Shown: positions 9,663 to 19,047 of the stretch, in pieces | How positions within the stretch are numbered: position 1 is the first letter of the stretch | Layout: the number at the start of each line of letters is the position of its first letter | DNA from: Candidatus Bathyarchaeia archaeon | GTDB taxonomy: Archaea > Thermoproteota > Bathyarchaeia > Bathyarchaeales > Bathycorpusculaceae | Length of the DNA stretch: 64,000 bases | Direction of reading: 5' to 3' | Assembly: GCA_038883715.1 (NCBI GenBank) | Contig: JAVZLS010000003.1 | Coordinates: 1-64,000 of the forward strand | Position numbers and translations under genes: made by a program | Notes under the pieces: generated by a model | Told to the model about the DNA's origin: nothing | The model's database searches: none | Seen by the model: only the letters and a program-made list of their open reading frames with translations

Positions 9663-11387
9663 ATGAACTGGCGAATAGACATAAAAGCAGCCTCAACCCT
9701 TGTAATTATAATTCTTATAATAATTTCCGCGATAATAGGTGGGATAATATCCTACGCTTTCACAATTGCATATTATACTAAGACGGCTCCTGCCATAACA
9801 ATCACTGACATTTACATAAATAAAGAGGATGTCACCTCGTTTACAATAGGCGTTTTAAACCCGTCTTACTCGCCAAGAAATGCAATTATATCCAGAATTG
9901 CAATAAGCTTGAAAGGAGAAACACAGTTATACGACGTTATTCAAACGGAGCCCCCTATCGAAAACGGAATTGTTCTTCAAATAGGTGAATCCCGAAATAT
10001 AACATGCAAAAGGATAAAGAGGGAAAACGCGAACCTTACCTTAGGAGACCTTATAGGCAGTTATGGTTTCGCTGGCAAAACCATGATTGTACATATATTT
10101 TCCTCTGATTTTCCAGCCACAAGCAAGGAAGCGAAGCTGCCTTATGTCAAACTTGACATAACAGAAGATTTCAACTCAAAATATTCGTTCGAAAAATTTA
10201 ACATAACTCTGACAAATGACCAACAATCAGAGGTTAACATAACCCTCAGCAGAATGCTTATCGGTGTGGTAAATTATTCTCAAGTAGATCCTCCCATTGA
10301 GGGGTATATTATTCCAATAGGCGAGTCTGTTCGTTTCAATTTTATTGGAAACTGGTATGGAGTTACAGCGGCTAGGATCGACGTAAACACAAGGCAGGGG
10401 TATAATTTCCGCAAAGAGATAGAAACAAAATGGGTTTATGCAGCAATCCAAAGCGTAAACTTTGACATACAACATACAGACCACTTTAATGTCACAGTTT
10501 TCAACGCTGCGGAGTCTGATCATTATGTGAACATTACAAAAATTACATGTAAACTGTACGACGGAACAGATCCTGACCCGCTTGAATGCGGTTCAGTTGG
10601 GATATTACCAAATACGTCCATGACGTTTAAATTTGAGTGGAGTTGGAGAGACTACAGAGGGCGAAACGTTACAATTACAGCATATTTCCTTCAAGATTTT
10701 TCAGCCGCCCTGAATGTCACAACGCCACCGCCAATAATAGTTAATGCCAACGGAAGCATTTTTGATCTAAAGGACATAGGACATTTTAATATAACTATAC
10801 TTAATCATGTTTCATCACTTGAGCCCATAAACATTACACAAATTAAGATTAAGAAAACTGGACAAATACTAAATGGAACTACGGAAGTTAGCCCGCAACT
10901 TCCTTATGGACCAATTGCTCCCGGTGAGAATAAGACGTTAAGCTGCACATTTGATTGGGCAGAATACATTAAAGATTACAATGACAAGAGTTTGACTCTA
11001 ACAATAAATGTTACAACAAACGCGACTCCGTCAAGAAGCTACTCATTTGATTTTACATTCGTTCTTCCAGTGGCAGAAATCAATGCAACTGTGTACTTTA
11101 AAACTGATGAAACGAGATATGTCAACGTGACTATAGTCATTAAAAACTTAGAGCATTCTCTCTGGAATCTCACGTTGTCAGAAGTTGTTTTAACAGTTAA
11201 TGCTTCAGCAGGCTCGTTTGAATATAAATATACTTTCCCAGAAGGTGAAGTGATCAACGTTGGTGGTGATATCGTTTTGCTGTTTGCCTTAGACAAGCAG
11301 AAATGCTCGGGTAACACTTTGACTTTAACGGTCATCACAGAAGAGTTGGGAGAAATAAAAATTCCATTTTCTTGGCTCGTTCCATAA
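9663..11387 (+). CDS. Large membrane-anchored surface glycoprotein with tandem beta-rich repeats (pilin-like N-terminus)
   Basis: 574 aa; KAAS followed by a hydrophobic stretch; repeated FNITxxN...VNITxI units; many N-x-S/T sequons. Confidence 0.7.
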   Translation: MNWRIDIKAASTLVIIILIIISAIIGGIISYAFTIAYYTKTAPAITITDIYINKEDVTSFTIGVLNPSYSPRNAIISRIAISLKGETQLYDVIQTEPPIENGIVLQIGESRNITCKRIKRENANLTLGDLIGSYGFAGKTMIVHIFSSDFPATSKEAKLPYVKLDITEDFNSKYSFEKFNITLTNDQQSEVNITLSRMLIGVVNYSQVDPPIEGYIIPIGESVRFNFIGNWYGVTAARIDVNTRQGYNFRKEIETKWVYAAIQSVNFDIQHTDHFNVTVFNAAESDHYVNITKITCKLYDGTDPDPLECGSVGILPNTSMTFKFEWSWRDYRGRNVTITAYFLQDFSAALNVTTPPPIIVNANGSIFDLKDIGHFNITILNHVSSLEPINITQIKIKKTGQILNGTTEVSPQLPYGPIAPGENKTLSCTFDWAEYIKDYNDKSLTLTINVTTNATPSRSYSFDFTFVLPVAEINATVYFKTDETRYVNVTIVIKNLEHSLWNLTLSEVVLTVNASAGSFEYKYTFPEGEVINVGGDIVLLFALDKQKCSGNTLTLTVITEELGEIKIPFSWLVP

Positions 11388-11766
11388 TAACGAATCATAA
11401 ACTTTTATCTCTTTAAACTGAAAGCCTTTGTTCAAGGGAGGCTAAGAATTGACATGTGTAAAAGTTACTGAGACCCAATAGCTTTTGATTGATACGTCGG
11501 AACATATTAAGTAAGCCTTGTTTGAAGTCGTTGAAGTGGAACCAATGCTTACTTGCTTTTAAGGTTGTCTGACTGCTGAGAGGCTTAAGCGATTTTTTAG
11601 ACAATGTTACGTATCATTTTGGGTCATAATAACTGGAAACTGCGAGTTTTTAAAATGATTATAGCTCGTGTAGTTTGAACTTCACTGAACTACGTATCGA
11701 AAGTTTCTCTTTTTGGCAAAAAGGTTATTTTATTCTAGGGAACAAATGGTTGCTCGATGATGTGGT

Positions 11767-12762
11767 TTGGAAACTCTCATATTAACGGATAATGAAGTAA
11801 AAACGCTGATTTCTATGGGGGAAGTTATCGAAAGCGTTGAGTTGGCATTTAGAGAGAAGGGCCTGAAAAGGGTTCAAATGCCAGCGAAGATTTACCTTTT
11901 CTACTCAAAGTATAACGGCGATTTAAGAGCCATGCCTTCATATCTTGAGGAGCTGGATATATCGGCTGTAAAAGTGGTGAATGTTCATGTGGATAACAGA
12001 GAGAAGTATGGTCTTCCAACAGTGATGGCTGTTATAGTGTTAGTGGATCCTAAGACAGGATTTCCGCTTGCAATCATGGGCGGCAAAACTATAACAGACG
12101 TTAGAACGGGAGCTGCTGGAGGGGTGGCCGCTAAATATCTCGCAAGAGAGGATTCAAAAATCTTAGCGTTTATCGGAGCTGGTGCCCAAGCGAAAACCCA
12201 ATTAGCAGCCATTCTCGAAGTTTATAAGAACATTGAGGAAGTTAGAGTTTGGAGTAGAAGTAGAGAAACCATAGAGAAATTTTTAGCCGAGGCAAATGAA
12301 TTGTATAGACGCTTATTCAGGCTTGTACCCATGGCGGATGTGAAAGAGGCGGTGGATGGAGCCGACATAGTTATAACGACTACTCCTTCGAGGCAGCCAA
12401 TTATCATGAATCACATGGTTTCTCTGGGAACGCACTTTAACTGTATAGGGGCGGACGCGCCTGGAAAAGAGGAGTTGGACCCTATGATTTTAAAGAGGGC
12501 TAAAATAGTTGTGGATGATTGGGAGCAAGCCTCCCATAGTGGAGAGATAAATGTTCCATTGAGCCAGGGGATTATAACAAAAGAAAATGTCTGGGCTGAA
12601 ATAGGCGAAATTGTCGCAGGTTTGAAACCTGGAAGGGAAAAAGAAGACGAGATTACAGTTTTCACATCAACGGGATTGGCAATTCAAGATGCCATTGTTG
12701 CAAAACTTATATACGATAAAGCATTGAAAAAGGGAGTAGGAAAATTTATGCAAATAATATGA
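11767..12762 (+). CDS. ala: Alanine dehydrogenase (ornithine cyclodeaminase/mu-crystallin family)
   Basis: GDLRAMPSY, KVVNVH, RTGAAGGVAAKYLAR, IGAGAQA, IGADAPGKEELDP, STGLAIQD. Confidence 0.85.
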   Translation: METLILTDNEVKTLISMGEVIESVELAFREKGLKRVQMPAKIYLFYSKYNGDLRAMPSYLEELDISAVKVVNVHVDNREKYGLPTVMAVIVLVDPKTGFPLAIMGGKTITDVRTGAAGGVAAKYLAREDSKILAFIGAGAQAKTQLAAILEVYKNIEEVRVWSRSRETIEKFLAEANELYRRLFRLVPMADVKEAVDGADIVITTTPSRQPIIMNHMVSLGTHFNCIGADAPGKEELDPMILKRAKIVVDDWEQASHSGEINVPLSQGIITKENVWAEIGEIVAGLKPGREKEDEITVFTSTGLAIQDAIVAKLIYDKALKKGVGKFMQII

Positions 12763-12899
12763 TCACACGATATTTGATATGGACTCATAGTTATCTTGAA
12801 TAAGTTGTTAGTGTTTTTCAATCCATTTAACTTGAAAATTTTAATTTGTTTAATTCAAAAAAGGGTGTTGCGTGACTTCTATAATTAGCTTGAGTAGTG

Positions 12900-13790
12900 C
12901 TAGTTGTAAATTGGTATTCCATTTTTTGGGTCTTGGACAATCTTTGTGAACTCTTCCATAAGTCTTTTTGTTACCGGCCCTGGTTTTCCATCTCCTATCT
13001 GCCTCTTATTTATCTCTCTAACTGGTATAATTTCTGCTGCTGTTCCTGTGAAGAATACTTCATCTGCTGTGAAGAGTTCGTAGGGGGTTATGTTTTTTTC
13101 TATAACTTCGTACTCGAGGTTTTTGGCTAGTTCTTTTACTGTTTCGGCTGTTATTCCGGGCAAGGCTCCGGTGTAGCTTGGCGGTGTATATATTCGTCCA
13201 TTTTTTACTATGAATATGTTTTCTGCTACGCCTTCGCATATGAATCCGTTTTTGTCTAGGCATATGGCTTCGTCTACGCCGTTTATGTTTGCCTCTATTT
13301 TGGCGAGTATGCTGTTTAGGTAGTTCAGTGATTTTATTTCGTGGCTTGTTGCGTCTACGGGGTCTCTTTTCACCCATGTTAGCATTGCTGTTATGCCTTT
13401 TTCTTTTGCCTCGCTCTTGTGAAGCGCAATTGTATCCGTTATCACGATTATTGTTGGTTTTGAGCATTTTCTCGGGTCTAGTCCAAGGTCGCCCACGCCT
13501 CTTGTTACCACTAGGCGTATGTAGGCGTCTTTTAGGTTGTTTTTGCGGAGGGTTTCCAGAACTATGTTTATCATCTCCTCCTTTGTTATTGGGATTTGTA
13601 GCATTATGGCGTGGGCTGAACGGTAAAGCCTGTCAATATGTTCTTTTAGTTTGAATACCACGCCGTTGTAGGCGCGGATTCCTTCGAAGACTCCGTCGCC
13701 GTACAAAAGTCCATGATCATAGACTGATATTTTAGCTTGCGATTTTGGGTAATATTCGCCATCTATATATACAAGTAGCTCTTTATCCAA
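12900..13790 (-). CDS. ilvE: Branched-chain amino acid aminotransferase
   Basis: [52 protein letters not shown]. Confidence 0.95.
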   Translation of the reverse strand: MDKELLVYIDGEYYPKSQAKISVYDHGLLYGDGVFEGIRAYNGVVFKLKEHIDRLYRSAHAIMLQIPITKEEMINIVLETLRKNNLKDAYIRLVVTRGVGDLGLDPRKCSKPTIIVITDTIALHKSEAKEKGITAMLTWVKRDPVDATSHEIKSLNYLNSILAKIEANINGVDEAICLDKNGFICEGVAENIFIVKNGRIYTPPSYTGALPGITAETVKELAKNLEYEVIEKNITPYELFTADEVFFTGTAAEIIPVREINKRQIGDGKPGPVTKRLMEEFTKIVQDPKNGIPIYN

Positions 13791-13874
13791 TTTGATTCCC
13801 CTTCTCGGAGAACAGAAATTTTCTACTTAGGGTTGATATGTGTTTTGGCGGTTCCAGTTGACTTCCATTGTTCT

Positions 13875-15740
13875 TTAGCCGTAGAATTGTGGTCTTTTTG
13901 AGACATGTTTTGGCAGGGGCAGAGGCTTGAAGGGTTTGTCTTGCATGTGGCTTTTAATTTCACTTATGAGTTCTTCAAGCTTCATTTCGCGTATTTGCTT
14001 AGTCTTTCTGTCTCTGACTGGAAGCAACTGCGACTCTACTTCCTTTTGTCCCGCAACTATTATGTATGGTATCCATTCCATTTCGGCTTCTCTAACGCGT
14101 TTTTGCAGTGTTAATGGTCTGTCGTCTATGTCTACTCGGATTTGGTTGGCTTCAAGTTTTTCAGCTAGTTTTTCGCAGTGCTCGATGTATTTGTCTGACA
14201 TGGGGATTATGCGCACCTGTGTTGGTGAGAGCCAGACTGGAAGCATTGGTGGTTCGCCCTTTTGTTGTTGTTTGTAGGCTTTTTCTAAAAGCGCGTATAT
14301 GCAGCGTTCCACGGCGCCGCTTGGTGAACAGTGCAGTATAAGCGGATGATGCCTTTGGCCCTTTTCATCCACATAGGTTATGTCGTATCTTTTTGCGTTT
14401 TCAACGTCTATCTGGTCCGTTGACAGCGCTGCAGCTTTGTCTTGGTTGTCGACGAAGTTGAAGTCCCATTTTAGCCTAAAATAGAAAAAGGGTTCCTTCC
14501 ACATTTCAACAAGGACTGGCTTGCCGAAGATTTTTGCTAAGTCTACGATGAAGTCTTTGTTTTCTTCGTAGAAGTCTTTTGTGAAGCGGATTGCCGCCTC
14601 ATAATCCTCTTTTGATAAGCCTATGCCCTCCAGCACTTCCATGCAGAGCTTAAATCTTGTGACAAACTCTTTTTTGGCCTGTTCTAGGTCTGCGCAGAAG
14701 GCGTGGCAGTCCGGCATTGTGAAGGCCCTAAGTCTTCTTAAGCCTACAACCTCGCCGCTTTTTTCTCTTCTGAAGCTGTAGTGGGTTAGCTCGTAAACTT
14801 TTAGGGGCATATGCCTATAGGAGAACTGTGTGTCGTGAACCATCAGGAACTGCCCAAAACACGCGGCGAACCGTAGGAAAAGCGCCTTATCCTCTGATTT
14901 TAGGAGGTATTGTCTCGCTGGAAAACGGTTTAGATAATCGGCTAGGCTTGGATGGCTGAAATCATACATGACAGGGGTTTCAACTTCCATCGCTCCGTAT
15001 TCTATAACTTTGGCTGTCACGTACTGTTCTATGAGTGATTTTATGAGCCTACCTTTTGGGTACCAGCGGATATTTCCAGGGTCACTTCCAGCCTCGTAGT
15101 CAGCTATTTCAAGCCTCTTCATCAGAGGCACGTGAGGTGGCATCTGTTGGCTAGCCCTAACCTTTGAAATTTCATATTTAGCAAACTTTTCAAGGTTCTC
15201 GTGTCCACGGAAGTCAAACTCTTCCACTGGAACCATTTTGCCGTCAGGCTGGAGAATGTACCAGAAGGACTCTAGTTTTTCTTCAGCTTTTAGCGCCTCT
15301 GAAACTTTTTCGGCTTCCTTTTCCTCCTTTGCTGGCATTATAACGCGGGACTGCTCTGCTAAAGGATGCCCTTTTATTGATATTGTGAATTGCTTGTTCC
15401 AGCCGAAAGGCGCACGGTATGTTTCTATGCCCTCGGCTTTTGCATAAGCCTCCATAGCCCTTACAACTTTTAGCGCCTCTGATGGTTTTGCGAGGTTGCT
15501 GCTGAGGTGGGCATAGGGATATATTAGAATGCGGTTTACTTTCAGTTTTTCAAGGAAGGATTTAACCTCTTCAATGGCCCTTTTAGCTACTGTTTCGTCG
15601 TCGCCTTCTTCTACTGCCGTGAACAAAACAACAATTTCTTCTAGTCGCCTTACTTCCTTGTCTGTTTCTTCGGCTATGGCGATTTCTTTCTGGATGGGCT
15701 TATACTCGATATAGTTGGAGTGCAGTTGCAGTATCCGCAT
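13875..15740 (-). CDS. thrS: Threonine--tRNA ligase (archaeal type with N-terminal editing domain)
   Basis: MRILQLH, YPYAHLS, APFGW editing domain; LRFAACFG, FRREKSGE, RLRAFTMPDCH, LHCSPSG. Confidence 0.97.
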   Translation of the reverse strand: MRILQLHSNYIEYKPIQKEIAIAEETDKEVRRLEEIVVLFTAVEEGDDETVAKRAIEEVKSFLEKLKVNRILIYPYAHLSSNLAKPSEALKVVRAMEAYAKAEGIETYRAPFGWNKQFTISIKGHPLAEQSRVIMPAKEEKEAEKVSEALKAEEKLESFWYILQPDGKMVPVEEFDFRGHENLEKFAKYEISKVRASQQMPPHVPLMKRLEIADYEAGSDPGNIRWYPKGRLIKSLIEQYVTAKVIEYGAMEVETPVMYDFSHPSLADYLNRFPARQYLLKSEDKALFLRFAACFGQFLMVHDTQFSYRHMPLKVYELTHYSFRREKSGEVVGLRRLRAFTMPDCHAFCADLEQAKKEFVTRFKLCMEVLEGIGLSKEDYEAAIRFTKDFYEENKDFIVDLAKIFGKPVLVEMWKEPFFYFRLKWDFNFVDNQDKAAALSTDQIDVENAKRYDITYVDEKGQRHHPLILHCSPSGAVERCIYALLEKAYKQQQKGEPPMLPVWLSPTQVRIIPMSDKYIEHCEKLAEKLEANQIRVDIDDRPLTLQKRVREAEMEWIPYIIVAGQKEVESQLLPVRDRKTKQIREMKLEELISEIKSHMQDKPFKPLPLPKHVSKRPQFYG

Positions 15741-15763
15741 TTTCGCCTCCCCTCTCTAGTTTT

Positions 15764-15976
15764 TTACACGCCTTTATACCGCCACTGCTCAATTTTCCTC
15801 TCCTTCTTCGTTCGCTTCTTAAATTCCTTGTAATGGTTTTCGCATAGGTATGCGCGTCTTTCGCTGCTGCCTATGCTTAATCCAGCCATTCTAACTTTGG
15901 CTGCCGAAAGGGAGCGTTTAGCCTCTTTGTCACATCCTGAGACGCTGCATTTAACGCCCTTTGCAACACGCCCCAA
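15764..15976 (-). CDS. Small basic Zn-binding hypothetical protein (probable TTG start at 15976)
   Basis: MGRVAKGVKCSVSGC...AYLCENHYKEFKK, C3H ligand set, Lys/Arg-rich; directly upstream of thrS. Confidence 0.7.
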   Translation of the reverse strand: MGRVAKGVKCSVSGCDKEAKRSLSAAKVRMAGLSIGSSERRAYLCENHYKEFKKRTKKERKIEQWRYKGV

Positions 15977-16034
15977 AGGCTTAACCTCACATTGACTCAT
16001 GCCATTTTCAGGCTTTAACAGAATACAATGCACT

Positions 16035-16984
16035 TCAATGCTTAATTCCTTTTTCGTACAGCACGCTTGCCCTTCGGTAAATCTCGTCTTTATCGCCAAA
16101 GAAAGTTGGACCAATACCTTCAACAACCGTTGAGGCTACAGCGGAACCAACACACGCACACCACGAGGCTTCTTTGCCGCGGACATATTCTGCCAAGAAA
16201 CCACCAATAAACGCGTCTCCAGCACCAGTCGGGTCTACAAGCTTGTTGGGCGTAAATGCTGGGATTTCATACGCTGCTCCACCTATTGATAGCACCGCAC
16301 CTTTCATGCCCATGGTTACTATTACTATTTCCGCGCCGAAGTCGTGGACAGCCTTTATGGCAGACTGCAAATCAGCTACACCAGTGACGGCTTCAATCTC
16401 CTCTCTTGAAGACTTGTATACGTCTATAAGTTCTAGTATGCGCTTATCTTTTAACGGCTCATTTACCACAAACCCATTCTCATCAAAGATTCGAACAAGT
16501 CCTTGAGGGTCTAGGGATACTACTTCAGCGGACTTTGCCAGCTTTTCGGCAACCTCGTATGAGATTTCGTTGGCTACTGGGGCGAGATGAACAGCTTTAG
16601 CCTGCAGAGAGTTAGGCAAGTCTTCAACCTGTATTGGAGGTGCTTTACCGGCAAGTCTCATGGTGCGGTTTGACAGGTCAATGTTATAATTTAGCTCAAA
16701 TTTTGTGGTCCTTTCATGCTTAATTTTGGCTACTTTTGAAATGACTATGCCTTCTTGGCTAAGCCACCATAAGTAGGCTTCTGGGAAGTCTCCGCCGACC
16801 TTTGAAATTATAGAAACATTTGCGCCCAAACGTTTAGCTGAAAGTGAAACATAAGCCACTGAACCGCCCAAAATAACATACGGTCTTTGTCTGTTCGGCA
16901 AACTTATCAGGTCTATACAGAAGTGTCCCGCTGAAACTATGTCAAACTGTTGGAATTCTGTTTCCTCCTTACTTTTGGTAACAA
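16035..16984 (-). CDS. PfkB family carbohydrate/nucleoside kinase (5' end appears frameshifted near 16946)
   Basis: GG motif and VDPTGAGDAFIGG signature; conserved FDIVSAGHFCID lies upstream of the called start; nearest upstream TTG (16984) is one base out of frame. Confidence 0.85.
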
Positions 16985-17173
16985 GTTTAAGTTTTAGCTA
17001 ATGTATTTTGCTGCTTTCGCAAAGCTTTTATGGACAGAAATGTGAAGTTCTCTATGCCCTCTTTTCAGGGGGCGATCAAAGTGAACCCCATATAACATTC
17101 CGAATTCGCGTCTTTGGGCGCGCTTTCAAATCTCGTTAGAAACTGTTTGTTAATGTTAAAGAGTGGTTAGGAG

Positions 17174-17544
17174 GTGATGTTTATGTTCAAAATCCGAAAC
17201 ATGAAAATTGGTGATGTGGAAACTGTAGCAAGGATTGTTGCTCTAGACCATAGCGATGATTATGAAGAGGGTTTCAGAATAGCTTTCGAGCACACCATGG
17301 ACCATTTGAAGATAGTACCTGAATATTGTTACGTGGTGGAGAAAGCTGGAGAAATTGTTGCAGCCATGGTTCTTCATCCTCAAGAAGAGTTTTTGAAATT
17401 GAAGACTTTCATGTGAAAGAAGTTCAACAAAATAAAGAAGCACTGGCTTTACTGAAAGCAAAGTTGATGACGTACCTGGAAAATGTTAAGACAGAAGTTC
17501 TATGCTGCCCCTACGCACTGAGAAGACTTATTGCATCGCCCTAA
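17174..17544 (+). pseudogene. GNAT-like protein split by a frame break near 17390 (or sequencing error)
   Basis: N-part FKIRNMKIGDVETV...CYVVEKAGEIVAAMVLHP continues in the -1 frame as VFEIEDFHV; GGAGGTG Shine-Dalgarno at the start; T5 run at the junction. Confidence 0.55.
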
Positions 17545-17894
17545 ATCTTTGACTGAAGCAGAAGGATAGCCTTAGCCAAGTCTCCATCGCATTCCTCTAG
17601 CGCTTTTCTTGCCTCTTCCAGGCTTTTTCCAGTTTGGTTCGCCACAAGCCTCGCATCCTCCTCAAGTATAGTCAATTTGCGCTCAACAGCTTTTTCTGTT
17701 ATTTTTCCACCTGCCACTTGAAACATTTTCTGCCCTTGAATGTCAACAACCGCCACTTCAGGATTCTCGATAACTATTTCTTTGCCGCTGGTTTTTATGA
17801 CAACTCGTTCAACGTCTGGAATAGCGTCCATGCTTAAGCCCATACGTTGCATCATCCGCTTGGCTTCTCGGGGGCTTATTCTTCTACGCATCAA
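17541..17894 (-). CDS. nac: Nascent polypeptide-associated complex protein
   Basis: PREAKRMMQRMG, IENPEV, C-terminal UBA-like EEARKALEECDGDLAKAIL. Confidence 0.93.
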   Translation of the reverse strand: MMRRRISPREAKRMMQRMGLSMDAIPDVERVVIKTSGKEIVIENPEVAVVDIQGQKMFQVAGGKITEKAVERKLTILEEDARLVANQTGKSLEEARKALEECDGDLAKAILLLQSKI

Positions 17895-17943
17895 CAGCCT
17901 TTAGCCTCCATTTAACCACTAAACTTAGTCATTCTTCTTATAC

Positions 17944-18426
17944 TTAACCTTCTTCCGAACTGCCACGTCTAACTTTGACCGCCACACCAACTTTAAACGC
18001 CGTCATCTCCTCTCCGGATAACACGGCTTTGCCAACGGCTAAAACCTCACCCCTTTCGTTAACCACGATGACCTCGTCTTTTGGGCGAATTTCACCATCC
18101 GCCTTCAAAACATGTATGGCGAAAACGTCGCCGCCTTCAGCAATAAATTTGGAAACATCATTTTTAACGGTGACTATGCATTTAGCCGGAACGCCACTCT
18201 CTAGTATTCTTTTCGCTCCTTCAATGCTTAGGGAGAATAGCCCATCCATTGGGCGCATTGTGGCAAGCCTCTTTCCATTCAGAAAGACATAACGTATTCT
18301 TCCAGTACGTTTTGAGTAGGCTATTTCCACGTTTTGCGGAAAGAGCACTTCGCCAACATCTTTCCCAAATTGATAATCCGCAACACTTCTGATTCGCCGT
18401 AGGGCATTTTCCAAACAAACCACCAT
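17944..18426 (-). CDS. PUA-domain protein (resembles C-terminal domains of archaeosine tRNA-guanine transglycosylase)
   Basis: ADYQFG, SKRTGRIRYV, PUA motif GGDVFA...IRPKDEVIVV...AVGKA...GVAVKVR. Confidence 0.85.
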   Translation of the reverse strand: MVVCLENALRRIRSVADYQFGKDVGEVLFPQNVEIAYSKRTGRIRYVFLNGKRLATMRPMDGLFSLSIEGAKRILESGVPAKCIVTVKNDVSKFIAEGGDVFAIHVLKADGEIRPKDEVIVVNERGEVLAVGKAVLSGEEMTAFKVGVAVKVRRGSSEEG

Positions 18427-18510
18427 TCATACAGCAAGCTGCAATTCGACAACTATAAACATAACCAAATGCCAAGTATTAAAGAGTTAAAGAGGAGCGC
18501 GCTACGAAGA

Positions 18511-19047
18511 TTGCGCTGCGAAGTTTGTGGACGAAAAATTCATGGCAAACCCATAAGAGCCCTAATTGAAGGGGCAAAACTAACAGTTTGCAGCGAATGC
18601 TCAAAGCACGGCACAATAATTTGGGAAGAAGAGGTAAAGCAGACTCCCACGCCCAAGATTAAACCAAAAGCAACACTACCCCAAGCACCAAAAGCCCAAG
18701 CCGCAAGTAAGGCGCAAGCAGTTTTTGAGAGCCCTCTTGAACTTGTTGATGATTACGACGTTAGGGTAAGGCAAGCAAGGGAAAAATTGGGCTTAACCCA
18801 TGAAGAATTGGGTAAAAAGATAAATGAAAAAGTGTCTGTTCTCAAAAAAGTTGAGACTAGAAAAATTAAGCCAGACGACAAACTGGCAGTCAAACTGGAA
18901 CACGCGCTAAAAATTAAGCTTTTAGTGCCTGCCGCACAAGAAAAAGTTCCGGTACCAATTGCTTCCAAACAACCAAGTCGCAGTCTCACATTGGGGGATA
19001 TCATACAACTCGGTAAGGACAAGGATGAAGCGGAGGAAAGAGCTTAA
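18511..19047 (+). CDS. mbf1: Multiprotein bridging factor aMBF1 (probable TTG start)
   Basis: Zn ribbon CEVCG...VCSEC plus HTH AREKLGLTHEELGKKINEK...KLEHALKI, C-terminal LTLGD. Confidence 0.92.
   Translation: MRCEVCGRKIHGKPIRALIEGAKLTVCSECSKHGTIIWEEEVKQTPTPKIKPKATLPQAPKAQAASKAQAVFESPLELVDDYDVRVRQAREKLGLTHEELGKKINEKVSVLKKVETRKIKPDDKLAVKLEHALKIKLLVPAAQEKVPVPIASKQPSRSLTLGDIIQLGKDKDEAEERA

Noticed and set aside
11413-11604. 63-aa minus-strand ORF
   Set aside because: No recognisable motif or ribosome-binding site; likely spurious
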